DNA from: Clostridia bacterium
GTDB lineage: Bacteria > Bacillota > Clostridia > Saccharofermentanales > UBA5734
NCBI GenBank assembly: GCA_040772685.1
Contig: JAXGXQ010000002.1
Coordinates: 170,094 to 234,093 of the forward strand
Length of the DNA stretch: 64,000 nt
Direction: 5' to 3'
Positions within the stretch are counted from its first letter, which is position 1; the number at the start of each line of letters is the position of its first letter. The translations under genes and the position numbers were made by a program. Below, in pieces: positions 28,533 through 39,299 of the stretch. The notes beneath the pieces were generated by a model that was given only the letters and a program-made list of their open reading frames with translations, was not told the origin of the DNA and searched no databases.

Positions 28533-29194
28533 ATGCTACCTAAAGTCAAAAAGATACTGATTTGAGCCAGCCTGTCTACCATGCTTGCCCTGCCTGGCCT
28601 ACCTACGCTCCAACCAATGTAAATTATGAAGCCAGATACGCAACGCATGGTTTCACAGCTGAACGAATCGAAATGAACACGCACACAGGAACACATATGG
28701 ATGCCCCGTTTCACTTTAGTGATGAGGGTGAGACGATCGAGAACATGGACATGAGTCTGTTTCAGGGACGAGCGGTTGCTGTTGATCTGCGAAACATACA
28801 ATCGCAGGCAATTATGGCTGAGCACCTGAGCCACTTGCAGAACGTTTAAAGCAAAATGATATTGTTTTACTGTATACCGGCTGGGCTCAAAAGAGAGCCA
28901 TGACCAAAGAATATCTTTATGAATGGCCATATGTTTGGCGAGGCTGCGCAATGGCTGGTGGATCATCAGGTCAAATGCGTTTGCATCGATGGTTTGAGTG
29001 TCGGCGGTTGGCCGGAGGGAACCTGCGTGCCCCCGCACGATGTTTTGCTAAGCAACTCGGTCGTTATTGTCGAAGAACTTTATATGGACGAAGAGCTGTT
29101 TTCTGAACCGGAATGGTTCTTGGTTTGCTATCCGCTAAAGCTTGTTGGTTTTGGTGGCTCACCTGTCAGAGTCGTTGCTTTCGCGTTTGAATAA
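28533..29194 (+). pseudogene. Putative cyclase / kynurenine formamidase-family protein, frameshifted
   Basis: SQPVYHACPAWPTY...HTGTHMDAPFHF (the HxGTHxDxPxH motif) sits in one frame and the N-terminal and C-terminal parts in others. Confidence 0.75.
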
Positions 29195-29207
29195 AGAAGG
29201 TGTTAAG

Positions 29208-30058
29208 ATGCGGTCGTCTTTGTGCTGACTTTTGCATTCCCACTGATTAACCATGATGCTGCTTTTGATTTGATCGCCGCCATCGGTTTTGAAGGCGTTG
29301 ATGTTGGTTTGTTTGTTGACCGTTCTCATCTACAACCAGCAGACCAGTTTCAGAACATTCCGCTTCGTGCGCGGCTGAAATGCGAAAGAGAGCAGAGGAC
29401 CGGGGATTAGTAGTTTCAGATGTGTTTTTGCAGTCAGATTTAGATTTTACCCGTTACGCAGTGAATCATCCTGAAGCCGGACGGCGAGTGCATGCACGTG
29501 AGCAATTTTTAAAAATGTGTTGAATACACCTGTATAACAGAATCCAAGCATATATCTTGATTACCGGGCATTACGTTTGATTCCGAACCGTTTGAAAAAT
29601 CATTTGAGCGATGTATTGAAGAGAAATGCGTTTCAAGGCGGGTCAAAGAAGCAAATAAGGCAAATCTGAAGTACGGTGTTGAAGCTCACATAGACTCAAT
29701 CATTGAAGAGCCGGGTATGGCGATTCGCCTAATGTGAAAGCAGTTCCGGAACTGGGGTTAACTCTAGATTACTCGCATTTTGTCAGGCTGGGGAAACCAG
29801 ATACAGCTGGTGACGCATTAATCCCTTATGCTAATCATATGCATGGCGCGGTGCGGCCAAGGGAATTCTGCAGTCAAGTGTTGAGGAAAACGAAATAGAT
29901 TTTGCACGTGTTGTTCAATTGCTTAAAGACCATCAATACGCGAAATGGATCTGCCTGGAATACTGTTGACTTCACATTGGGAAAACTGCAGCCGCAACGA
30001 TAACATCTCCGAAACTGTCATTTTGCGCGACGTTTTACTCCAAGCTCTCAATAATTAA
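29208..30058 (+). pseudogene. Sugar phosphate isomerase/epimerase (xylose-isomerase-like TIM barrel), frameshifted
   Basis: Fragment LTFAFPLINHDAAFDLIAAIGFEGVDVGLF, with later fragments in other frames up to ...LQALNN* at 30058. Confidence 0.65.
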
Positions 30059-30061
30059 GAG

Positions 30062-31674
30062 TTAAAAATATGGTTCGGAGAAACCTCGTGAAGTGGCGTT
30101 TAAAGCAGCGGCTGAAATAGTAAACATCACGGTAACCAACATTTGTGGCGATGTCTGTAATCTCACTACGCAAATCAACTTTGAGCAAATCAAATGCTTT
30201 TTTCATGCGGTATGTGACTAGATATTCCGTCAGCTGTTTTTGCCGGTTTCCTTTTTTGAAAAGTACTCAGGTATGAGGGATTAGTGAAAATGGTTTTTGC
30301 TATTTGATCGAGACTCAATTCAGGTCATTAAAGCGTTGATCGATTTCAATCAGCGCTTTTTTTACTGTCGGATGGATTTGAATTGTCTCATAGGCCGCTT
30401 CAGCTTGTTCATGATAGCTTTAAGAAGATAGAGTACATTATCACGGAGTTCTTGAATCGAATCAGTAGAAATGGCGAAATTCCAATGAACCATTCAAAGA
30501 AAACTCTGGTAGTGAAAGGTTTTTGTGAGACAGATAGTTCTGAAAGACAGATAAAAATATTTATAGAAATGCTCTTAATATATTCTTCCGAACTCTATAG
30601 ATTTCGCTCCCCTCTAAAAATATTTTCAACTGCAACAGCCTGCTTCCTCAAAAATGTCCAAGCATAAGGTCCGATAAAATGTTAATCGCACTAGCAGCTG
30701 GAATATGATCAATTTTATTTAATGTAGATGTGGTTTCTGGCTGGAACACCATAATCGCCTTCCGATTATAAAAGCGCTCCTTAATAAAATGGTTGGCATC
30801 CTTATACGATTTGGCGATCGCTGTAGCTGATGATTGAATGGATCCGGAGTACGATCGTAGGATTGATTTTCAAATGATGCCTGGATAATTGAATTATCTC
30901 CTGACAGTCATTAACCAGCGGTGTCAATCCGGCCTCATATTCTGCTTGGCTAATTTGCACGATCATAGCGATTGTTAAATCAAGCTCTGTCAGGGCATCG
31001 CAGACCCGGTTCCTATTGACTATTTCCAAGGCAATGTTGGCAAGTGCATTTAGGAAAAGGACTTGATCAGATGAGTCTGTATAGTAGCTATCTTCGGGTT
31101 CAACATTTATGACCATGACAATGAAACCGCCTGGTTGCCAGTGCTCATTCCATTGCTGCACCGCTTCAGAATATCTTGTTCGTTGTCCTTAACAAAGCCA
31201 TTAATCAGGCGTCGAATATAATCAGACTTGATAGCCGCTTGACCACGGAATGCCTCGCTCATCAGACTAACATATTCTTGATTAAAGCTATCTTTTGTTA
31301 TCACCGAATCGCGTGCTTGAATTAACGCTTCCTTTAATTCACTAGCGTCAATCGGTTTAGTTATATAATTTACAGCCTTTGCTCGCAGAGCTTTTTGGGC
31401 ATATGTAAAAATCAGGATATCCGGTCAAAATTATTACTTGTATATTGGGATACTTTTCGGATATAAGCTGAGTAAGTTCCAACCCATTGATATGTGGTAT
31501 ATTAATATCAATTATCGCACTTGTGGATTATGAGTCTCGATTAATAGGATTGCTTCCTTACCATCGGCAGCTTCACAAACAACCTCAAGACCCAGTTCGT
31601 CCCAGTCAATCAACCGCTTGACCAGATCAAGAAGTAAAAATATTCATCATCAGCCAATAAAACTGAATTTTCAT
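30062..31674 (-). pseudogene. YesN-like response regulator (receiver + AraC-type HTH), frameshifted
   Basis: The minus strand starts ATGAAAATT at 31674, with receiver-domain fragments. The AraC HTH tail reads ...GFSEPYF* ending at 30062. Internal fragments at 30802-31161 and 31107-31304. Confidence 0.75.
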
Positions 31675-33488
31675 AAGCTAAGCCTACTTTCTTCTGGATT
31701 GTTTGGTATTAGCATTTCAACGCGAGTCCAATATCCGCTTTGATTCAACCTTCAATCCGTAAACATCACCAAAGCAAAGCTTAAGTCTTTTATCGATACT
31801 GGCCAGACCAAAAGCCCTTACGCTTTATACTTAGGGAAGGTTCCTGCTCTTCTTGGAATATAGTGTCGCTGATTTCAAATCCCTGGCCATTGTCGTAAAT
31901 CGCGATAACAGCATTTTCACCTTGGCTAAAGCATCTTATTAATATTCGCCCTCTTCGGCTGATATGCTTCAAACCATGGTAAATAGAATTTTCTACAAGA
32001 GGTTGAATAGACAGCTTTACCATTTTAAGACCTGCCATTGCCTCGGGCATTAGTATACGGAAAGAAATTTTCCTTCATAACGGATAGACTGAATTTTGAG
32101 ATAATTCTCTGTTATATCCAGTTCTTCAGCCAGTGTGACAAAACTTCTACTGCTGCTAAGAACGCCTTTATAAAAGCCAATGATCTTGACATGGTATATA
32201 AATCATCATTCCGGTCCAGTTGAGTAAGGGCGGAAACGCTTTCGAGTGAATTATAAAGAAAATGAGGATTGATTTGCGATTGCAATGCCTTAACTCAAGC
32301 TCACGTTTCTTGTTTTCTGAGCAGTAACCAATTCATCCATCAAACTGACTATTCGATCCAACATTTCGTCCATAGAATCCGCAAGCATGCCGATTTCATC
32401 TTTGCGATCAAATTTGGCGCGTACTTGCAAATCTTCTTGCCCATAGTGGTCATCATTTTTGCCAGATGACCAACCGATTTTGGTAACAGATTTTCGCATG
32501 ACAAGGGTAAACAATATTTCCAGGATGATAATGACAGCTGCAATTATATAGATCAAGCTACTTATCTGACGCTTTTCCTGAATTAGTTCATCGTAAGGCA
32601 AAAAGGCGCTAACAACAATTTGATCGGTTAAGAATTGGGACATCAAGCAATGTATTCTTTGCCCAAATAGTGATAGTGCTTCAGGCCTTCAAATTTATTC
32701 TCAACATAGTCGTTAAAGCTTGCTTGTTTAAGGTAATTACTTACCTCACTTCGCTCAAAAGGCAACAAAATTCGCCCCGAGCTGCTGGTTATTACAATCT
32801 GAGCAGAACGGTTGAAGCCAATTTCATTATAAATTTGAGATAATTGTCCGGTGTTGGATACTCGTGCTCACCATGCCAATGATAGTTGCGGTATCTTCAA
32901 GGTCATAGATTAGCCGGGTAACGCTGAGAGTTTCGTCTGCTTGTTGTTGGTGATGACAGAATTAAGTTCATTTGCGTTGGTCCAAAGAAATTTTTGTTCA
33001 GAATTTTTGATCTGCTTCATGATTTGGTCATCAAGCGGCCGGCCGCTTGTGGTTTCCAGCAACCCTTTCTGGTCGAGGAAGAGCAAGTGCCCACCATCAT
33101 TAAAGATTCCTAGCGAGTATATGTTGGGGTCAGTAGAGATTTCTTTGACGAGTGAGGATATGCGATAACTTAAAATTGTGTAGACATCAAATATGCTGGC
33201 AGAATGATTCTTCGATTTGGGATCTTTCAAAAATTGTTGTATAGTTAAGCTTTTAACTAGGTGGGATGTTCTTTCTTCAAGATTGTCATTCAACTTGTCA
33301 AAATAGTCTGAAACTTCCGTGAGGTTAGTTTCTGTCAAGCGGATAGCTTTGCCGATTACTAACTTGTGCGCTAATGATTCGGCAAAAAAGAACATGGTAA
33401 CGATCAGGATCGAGATAAGGATGCCTGTAAAGTATTGAATTTTTTGCGCAATTGTCAGGTTATTAAAATACTTGGCAAATCTCTTCAA
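31671..33488 (-). pseudogene. YesM-like sensor histidine kinase, frameshifted
   Basis: The N-terminal sensor part (32910-33488, TTG start after AGGGAG) is intact. HAMP (32290-32646) and HATPase (31790-32050) fragments are in different frames. The reconstructed tail ...VEMLIPNNPEESRLSL* overlaps the RR start by ATGA. Confidence 0.75.
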
Positions 33489-33501
33489 GTTTTTCTCCCT
33501 T

Positions 33502-34650
33502 TCAATATTTAGGCGCTATGTCATTCACTTCCAGACCGTAGGAATTAGTCCGGTTGGTGTAGGCCACCAGGAAACTATCAGATTGATCCGGGTAATAATA
33601 TACTGTTGCCTCTTTATAGGATGCATAAGGAATATCCATCTTGTTATTCTGCGGTACCTTTTCCCCAGCTAGAATCCTGAGTGCGATATCTACGCTTTCT
33701 GCCACAATATATGGCGGTTGCCCAACAGCAAAGCCAATAACACCATCATTTTGCATATGGCGAAAGAATCCGTTAGACATTTCACCTGTCATGGGAATTT
33801 TTTGCGGAGAAAGACCGTGAGATATTAACGCCTCATAGATAGCACTTTCGCCGCCGCCTTCGTTTAGAATTCCATCAATGGCAACTCCATCGAAACTCGA
33901 CAGCATTTGCCGCATCAATGTTGCTGTTGCTTCATTGTCCCATTTACCATCACCCTGATCTAGGACATGAATATCTGGATAGTTTTTCAAAACAGAATCA
34001 ATTCCGATTCCCCGGTCTCTACTTACAGAAGTGCCAGTGATCCCGTTGATTCGCAAAACATTACCCTTTCCTTCCATAGTTTCGACAAGCCACTGGGCCA
34101 ATAGGCGGCCATATTCAACTTGATCTGTATTTACACAGTACACTTTTTCGCAATCAACAGTATTATCGAAAGTAACAACAACGATACCTTGAGCAGTCGC
34201 CTCCGTTAAAACTTCAACCAACGAGGTTGGGGAAGCGGCATTAACAATTATCGCATCATAACCACTTTTAATCAGATACTTAATCTCATTGATCTGGGCA
34301 AGGGAATCATTACCGCTACTGGTTGCATATGCTGAAGCCAGGATACCTTCTTCGATAAGCTTCTTAGTATAAGCTTCAAAAATTTTCACCGTTTCGGCTC
34401 GCCAGTGATTACCAATATAAGAATTGCTGAACGCGATGCGATAACCAATAGGATTTTTTGGCGCAGCTGGAGATGTAGTTGATGTTTTAGAACTGGGATA
34501 GTTCATTGGGGTTGGACTTGCAACGCCAAACGAAAAATCACTGGTAAGCGAAGTGTCGGAGCAGCCTGCCAAAGCCAGTGCTAAAATTAGACTGACAACC
34601 ATGATTAGCTTAAACACCTGCTCTCGTGCAGTACGATGTTGCTTTGCCAT
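33502..34650 (-). CDS. Periplasmic sugar-binding lipoprotein (Peripla_BP_1/4-like) heading the HK/RR operon; apparently intact
   Basis: 382 aa with lipobox LALAGC and a Ser/Thr/Pro linker; blocks IAFSNSYIGNHWR and DAIIVNAASP are typical of RbsB-type folds. Confidence 0.8.
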   Translation of the reverse strand: MAKQHRTAREQVFKLIMVVSLILALALAGCSDTSLTSDFSFGVASPTPMNYPSSKTSTTSPAAPKNPIGYRIAFSNSYIGNHWRAETVKIFEAYTKKLIEEGILASAYATSSGNDSLAQINEIKYLIKSGYDAIIVNAASPTSLVEVLTEATAQGIVVVTFDNTVDCEKVYCVNTDQVEYGRLLAQWLVETMEGKGNVLRINGITGTSVSRDRGIGIDSVLKNYPDIHVLDQGDGKWDNEATATLMRQMLSSFDGVAIDGILNEGGGESAIYEALISHGLSPQKIPMTGEMSNGFFRHMQNDGVIGFAVGQPPYIVAESVDIALRILAGEKVPQNNKMDIPYASYKEATVYYYPDQSDSFLVAYTNRTNSYGLEVNDIAPKY

Positions 34651-34979
34651 GGAATTATACTCTCTTAATTAAGTGAGCTTATTTGTTATAGCAATTATAA
34701 CACGAGAGATTAATTTGTAATATTTGCGATAATCACATAGTGGTAAAACGCGTACTAATTTCAATTGAGACAGAAAATCTGTAAGGGTTTAATATTGTAC
34801 TCTCATTAAATCCTGAACCTCATTGGTTTGCATTGAAGCATTGAGTCTTGATGTCATCATTTAGCCCAAACTGTCATGAATTTGTGCTTCATCTAAAAAG
34901 CTCTTTGATCTGCTCTTCTTGATTAATTTCTCCTAGTATTATGATATTGCGCTGTCAAGCGCTGGTTTAGCCTGTTGCT

Positions 34980-35157
34980 TGATATAATGCACGCAGACGC
35001 TGTGGACTGGTACGCTCTCCTACCGCTTGACGGTTTTTTCAAGGCTCCAGCCACAGCTTTTTGCCTAATTGGTGATGAGTCAGATACCGCTCGACGGTTT
35101 ATATAGAACTAGGATCGGGTAGCAAAAAGTCTGTGGAATATTCAGCGTACTTTTTTC
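34980..35157 (+). ncRNA. Candidate structured non-coding leader of the IS110-family element, at the position where IS110-type bridge RNAs are encoded
   Basis: Extended -10 TGATATAAT (34980-34988). An 11-bp stem (34999-35010 with 35047-35057) encloses a hairpin at 35025-35045 and is followed by T5. A 15/16 direct repeat TACCGCT[T/C]GACGGTTT sits at 35021-35036 and 35085-35100. GTACGCT (35010-35016) is complementary to AGCGTAC (35144-35150), which is followed by T6 just before the transposase RBS. Confidence 0.35.
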
Positions 35158-35173
35158 AAAGGATGGAAAATCC

Positions 35174-36108
35174 ATGATCTATGTAGGTATTGATGTCGCC
35201 AAGGCTAAACACGACTGTTGTATCCTTAGCAGTGATGGCAGCGCCCTTCGGGAACCATTCACGTTCGCAAACGATCAGGGTGGGTTCGACTTGTTAATGG
35301 CACCAGTATCTTACCAAATTCAGGAGCTCAAGACACTAACACGCCAGTCTGCGTTTGGTTGCCCGGCAAACCAAGCTCAAGGTCAGTATCTCCAGGCTGG
35401 TGGACATACTTTTCCCTGAGTTGCCATCTATCTGCTGCTTCGTCACTCAAGCTTCTATAAAGGCGGCCGTGCTGCTCGAACTCCTCTAGTGCCCGCGAGA
35501 TCGCAGCCTGCCGTATTGATCGGCTGACGAATCTTCTTCGAAAGTCTTCCAAAGGGCGCTATGGCGGTGAGAAAGCCCTTCAAATTAAAGCTTTGGCTAA
35601 AAGTTCAATCGGATCCTCAAGCCCCGCTACTGCATTAGAACTGCAGTTCACTCTGCAACAGCTCAACTTCATACAGCAACAAATTGCTCGCCTTGACAAA
35701 GAAATCCGGGACGCCGTTTTGTCTACTAAAACTCCGCTGCTTTCCATTCCCGGCATTGGTCCAACTCTCGCTGCTATTATTCTTGCCGAGATCGGCGACA
35801 TCCAGAACTTCAGTTCGCCTGACAAGCTTCAAGCCTTTGCAGGGCTTGATCCTTCGACCTACCAATCTGGCAAGTTCAAGGCCGATAAGACGCCAATGGT
35901 CAAACATGGCTCGACTTACTTGCGCTGGGCATTGATGCAGGCAGCACGTTTAGCCGCCTTGAACTGTGAGACCTTCCGTCGTTATCTTGAGTTAAAACGT
36001 GCCCAAGGGAAACACTACTTTGTTGCCCTTGGCCATACAGCTAAAAAACTCATACGCGTCATATTTCACATTCTGAATACCAACGAGGTCTTTGTTCCTC
36101 AGACGTAA
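35174..36108 (+). mobile_element. IS110-family transposase gene, degenerate (internal deletion plus frameshifts)
   Basis: N-terminus MIYVGIDVAKAKHD (DEDD_Tnp_IS110) runs for only ~43 aa before jumping to ...IQELKTLTRQ, so about 100 aa are missing. The C-terminal Transposase_20 part is intact (35593-36108, PGIGPTLAAIILAEIGD). Element ends were not determined. Confidence 0.8.
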
Positions 36109-36230
36109 CTGAGTTCACCTTTCGATCGTCGAGGCTTGTTCCAGATGGATCAGGCCTTTTCAGCATGCATTATTGTCAAGGTTCACTGCATCTAGCGACT
36201 ACGCTACTTTTTCTCATTTAGAGCTTGACT

Positions 36231-37258
36231 TCATATAGTCAGTCTAGATAAATCTGTGTGATACAAAACGTCATAACGGAGACGATCAGCAGATATGGGA
36301 TTATTGACATAATTATCCTTAAAAGTATTCCAGTTATCCGAAAGCTTTTTGGGACACAAAACCAGAACTGAGCGGTTTTTATTTTCGTAGTATTTAATTA
36401 CTGAAAGTGCAGTGAACGTTTTGCCAAGCCCTACGCTGTCGGCAAGAATGCATCCATTAAAAGACTTCGAGCTTATTAATGATAGCCAAAGCCGCATCTT
36501 TTCTGGAAAGTATAGAGCATATTCCAAATTTTGCCTTCTTTAAAGCCAGTAGCTTCATTTGGCAAAACATCCTCAGAAATATCCTCGAGAAATTCGTTGA
36601 AAATATTGTATATGGCTATGTAATAGATAAATCTTGGTGAATTTTCATTATAAGCCGCAGTGATACCTTCAATGACCTGTTCAGTAACATCCTGCATAAG
36701 GGTCTTGTCATTCCAGATTTGATTAAACATGCGAACGTATTCGTTCGAAAGTGGCGCAAACATCTTATTGACAGGATTGATAATGTTGTTGCCGCGCTCA
36801 CAACCTATATCCGCAGTAGTAAACCCATACAGAGGCATGTAAGTTATTGACTCAGTACCGGTGATATTCATAAAACCGCTTATATTTCCACCAGTCAAAT
36901 TTGAACGAAACTTAACTTTCTTACGTATCCAATCGGCACATTCACGAGCGATTGCTTTCTGTGTCAGTTCGTTGCGAAGTTTTACTTCAAACTCCGTGCC
37001 GTAAAGAGATCGCTCACGGTCAAGGCGAGGTATATAGAATTCTCTCTTTTCTTTTGGTGCTTTTTCTTGCAAGAATGTCGGTGAAGTGAAAATAAAACGT
37101 AACTCATCAATACCGTCAAGTTGTTCCTTTAAAGCTTGGTAAGCATATATGGAGAAACATGCCGCCGCAATCGCCAGATTGTCACCTTTTTTAATTGTTA
37201 CAGCTAAGTCATCTTTTAAAGTTTTGCCTACGTTATCAAGTATTTCGGGCATTTGCAT
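36231..37258 (-). pseudogene. SNF2-family helicase with degenerate PLD-like N-domain; frameshifted and truncated after helicase motif I
   Basis: N-terminus ...NLAIAAACFSIYAYQALKEQLDGIDELRFIF, then LYTFQK / ILADSVGLGKTF (the DxxGLGKT motif) split over frames at homopolymers A4 36459-36462 and T4 36499-36502. The reading frame ends at 36231, with no helicase C-domain anywhere downstream. Confidence 0.75.
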
Positions 37259-37465
37259 AATGTGAGCTCCTAAGTAACTGACTTTAACTGCTTAAATATT
37301 TTAAACACAATTTACATAAAGATTAATGACGAGCTAATGAGAGCTAATACACGATTTGCACATAGAGTAGTCGAATTTCAAATATCTTAATTATCACTAA
37401 ATTGAAAAATTATAGCAAATTATAATATTTACAATATGGTTACTATAAATAAATTTGAATCAATT

Positions 37466-39148
37466 TTATATCTTAGACAGCTCATCTTTGAACGCCGGTT
37501 TGTTAGCATATTCGGTAGCCAGCTTATGTTTGACTTCTGTTGCCTGTTGATGCCCGCCAAGCTCTATTAGTTGCCGTATAATGGCACATACACTTTGGTA
37601 ATCTTTCCTGTTACGTGCTCCGACAGCACTTAGCTCAATATACTGAGCAAATAGAGTGTATACCACTTCTGAAAACTCCGGAAGCAGTTGATCATAAAAA
37701 ACTACTATCATTGAGGGCCTTGACTTAATATGAGTGAGGAGTTTCTGTTTTTCTCCTTCTTCGATTAGAACAAGCGGGTAGATGCTATTCCTTTTGTTTT
37801 CCAGTAGTAAAAAAATTTCAGGGTATATAGAACTCCATTCTTGGCTGTTGTAAGTGTTTTTCAGTTCCTTATAATATTCAAAATTATCATCAAGAATAAA
37901 TTCCATGGCTAACCCGCGCATATCTTCAAGTCTGCCTGAACGCTGAAATGCCTGGTAACGGTATTTCTTCCACTGATTTACTTGTCCACGAAATTCTTGA
38001 TCTTCTTTTTCGCCATCAAGCGTCAGGTTAACTACCGCATTGTAATCTTTAGCTGCCATAGCGTTTTCTATAGCCATTTTTCTAAATTCAGGATATTGTA
38101 AATTCTGTTCAATAAAATCCAGCGCCTTTTTTCGCCCATCAAAATGTTCAATTATCTTATACCTAATGAGATTAATTCTTTCCGTCAGGTAGCTATTGCT
38201 CCAAGAATCCTCATTGTGGTTATTTTTAAGTGCTTCGAAATGCTTTTCTAATACATTTCGCAAAACTAAAGTATCGGCCAACTTTGAGCAACATTCCAAA
38301 AACTCCAGTTTCCAATCAGTCCAACCTTCGTATCGCGTGTGCGACGCTTCTTCTAGCAATAAATGAAAAATACTGGCTTTCTCCGGTTGGCTTAAGAATT
38401 TACTCGCAACTATTTCATGGATGAGTGCCAGGCTTTCTTCAATTTCGCCGCCGATATATCCGGAGGAATCGTCTGCATTTTCAAGTAGTGACATCATTTC
38501 CCTGATTACACAAAGGGAGAGGTGTAAAGCTTGAATAAAATCGTTTTTGGCTAAAGCAATACGGGCTCTATCCAATACCAATCCCGTTCCTTTGATTGCT
38601 GCCCAGACATCATTGTATGCAATATATCCACGACTGCTTGAATTATTTCTGATATAGGTGCGGATAAGGTTTTCAGATTGGGAAATTTCGTCCTCAGCGG
38701 TTCCTTCGTTAAAATGCAATTTTAATAATTGCTCGATTTCTTCGTTATCACTTGCGATTGCCAGGATAAATTCAATAAGTTCAGATTTTGTCCTCTGCAA
38801 AAGCAATTCTTTCATATCAGGCTCTTCTATTTGGCTGTAAGCTGGATAAACTGTATTCAAATTATTGGTAACTTCATTATTCTTTGCATCACGTATAGCG
38901 AAGAAAGCGGACACCTGATGTTTGCAGTATTCGCCTCGATCATAAGGGCAATCACATTGGCTCGCTGTTATCGCTTCCTGATCATCGAGCTCAACTTCTA
39001 CTTTATACAAATTACTGCCTTCCACCGTTACCACATAAAAATTTTTCTCGACTTCTTTCACTGAAATCACACAGTTATTTACGTAATAATCATAGCCTCT
39101 GGCAACAATTACATTATTAATCTGCTTTTCGAAATTCTGGAGATTCAT
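37466..39148 (-). CDS. SWIM zinc-finger domain protein
   Basis: CDCPYDRGEYCKHQVSAF is the CxCx(n)CxH SWIM signature, near the N-terminus of a ~560-aa helical protein. Start set at ATG 39148 (AAAGGAG RBS) rather than 39223. Confidence 0.8.
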   Translation of the reverse strand: MNLQNFEKQINNVIVARGYDYYVNNCVISVKEVEKNFYVVTVEGSNLYKVEVELDDQEAITASQCDCPYDRGEYCKHQVSAFFAIRDAKNNEVTNNLNTVYPAYSQIEEPDMKELLLQRTKSELIEFILAIASDNEEIEQLLKLHFNEGTAEDEISQSENLIRTYIRNNSSSRGYIAYNDVWAAIKGTGLVLDRARIALAKNDFIQALHLSLCVIREMMSLLENADDSSGYIGGEIEESLALIHEIVASKFLSQPEKASIFHLLLEEASHTRYEGWTDWKLEFLECCSKLADTLVLRNVLEKHFEALKNNHNEDSWSNSYLTERINLIRYKIIEHFDGRKKALDFIEQNLQYPEFRKMAIENAMAAKDYNAVVNLTLDGEKEDQEFRGQVNQWKKYRYQAFQRSGRLEDMRGLAMEFILDDNFEYYKELKNTYNSQEWSSIYPEIFLLLENKRNSIYPLVLIEEGEKQKLLTHIKSRPSMIVVFYDQLLPEFSEVVYTLFAQYIELSAVGARNRKDYQSVCAIIRQLIELGGHQQATEVKHKLATEYANKPAFKDELSKI

Positions 39149-39299
39149 ACCGCTCCTTTTTCCCAACGCGTACACCATAGCTGATTTGTTTTGATTATAG
39201 TTGCCTCCATGGGTTTTGACCATGTTTACGACAATAATGAAGGCGCCTATAATTAAGGAAAATCATCTGTTGATCAAAGTAATAACAAGGAGCACCCTC

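Noticed and set aside
28508-29038. 176-aa minus-strand ORF, the longest ORF in the 28.5-29.2 kb region
   Set aside because: It is longest only because the real plus-strand cyclase gene is frameshifted. The plus-strand fragments carry the HxGTHxDxPxH cyclase motif and the minus ORF has no recognisable features.
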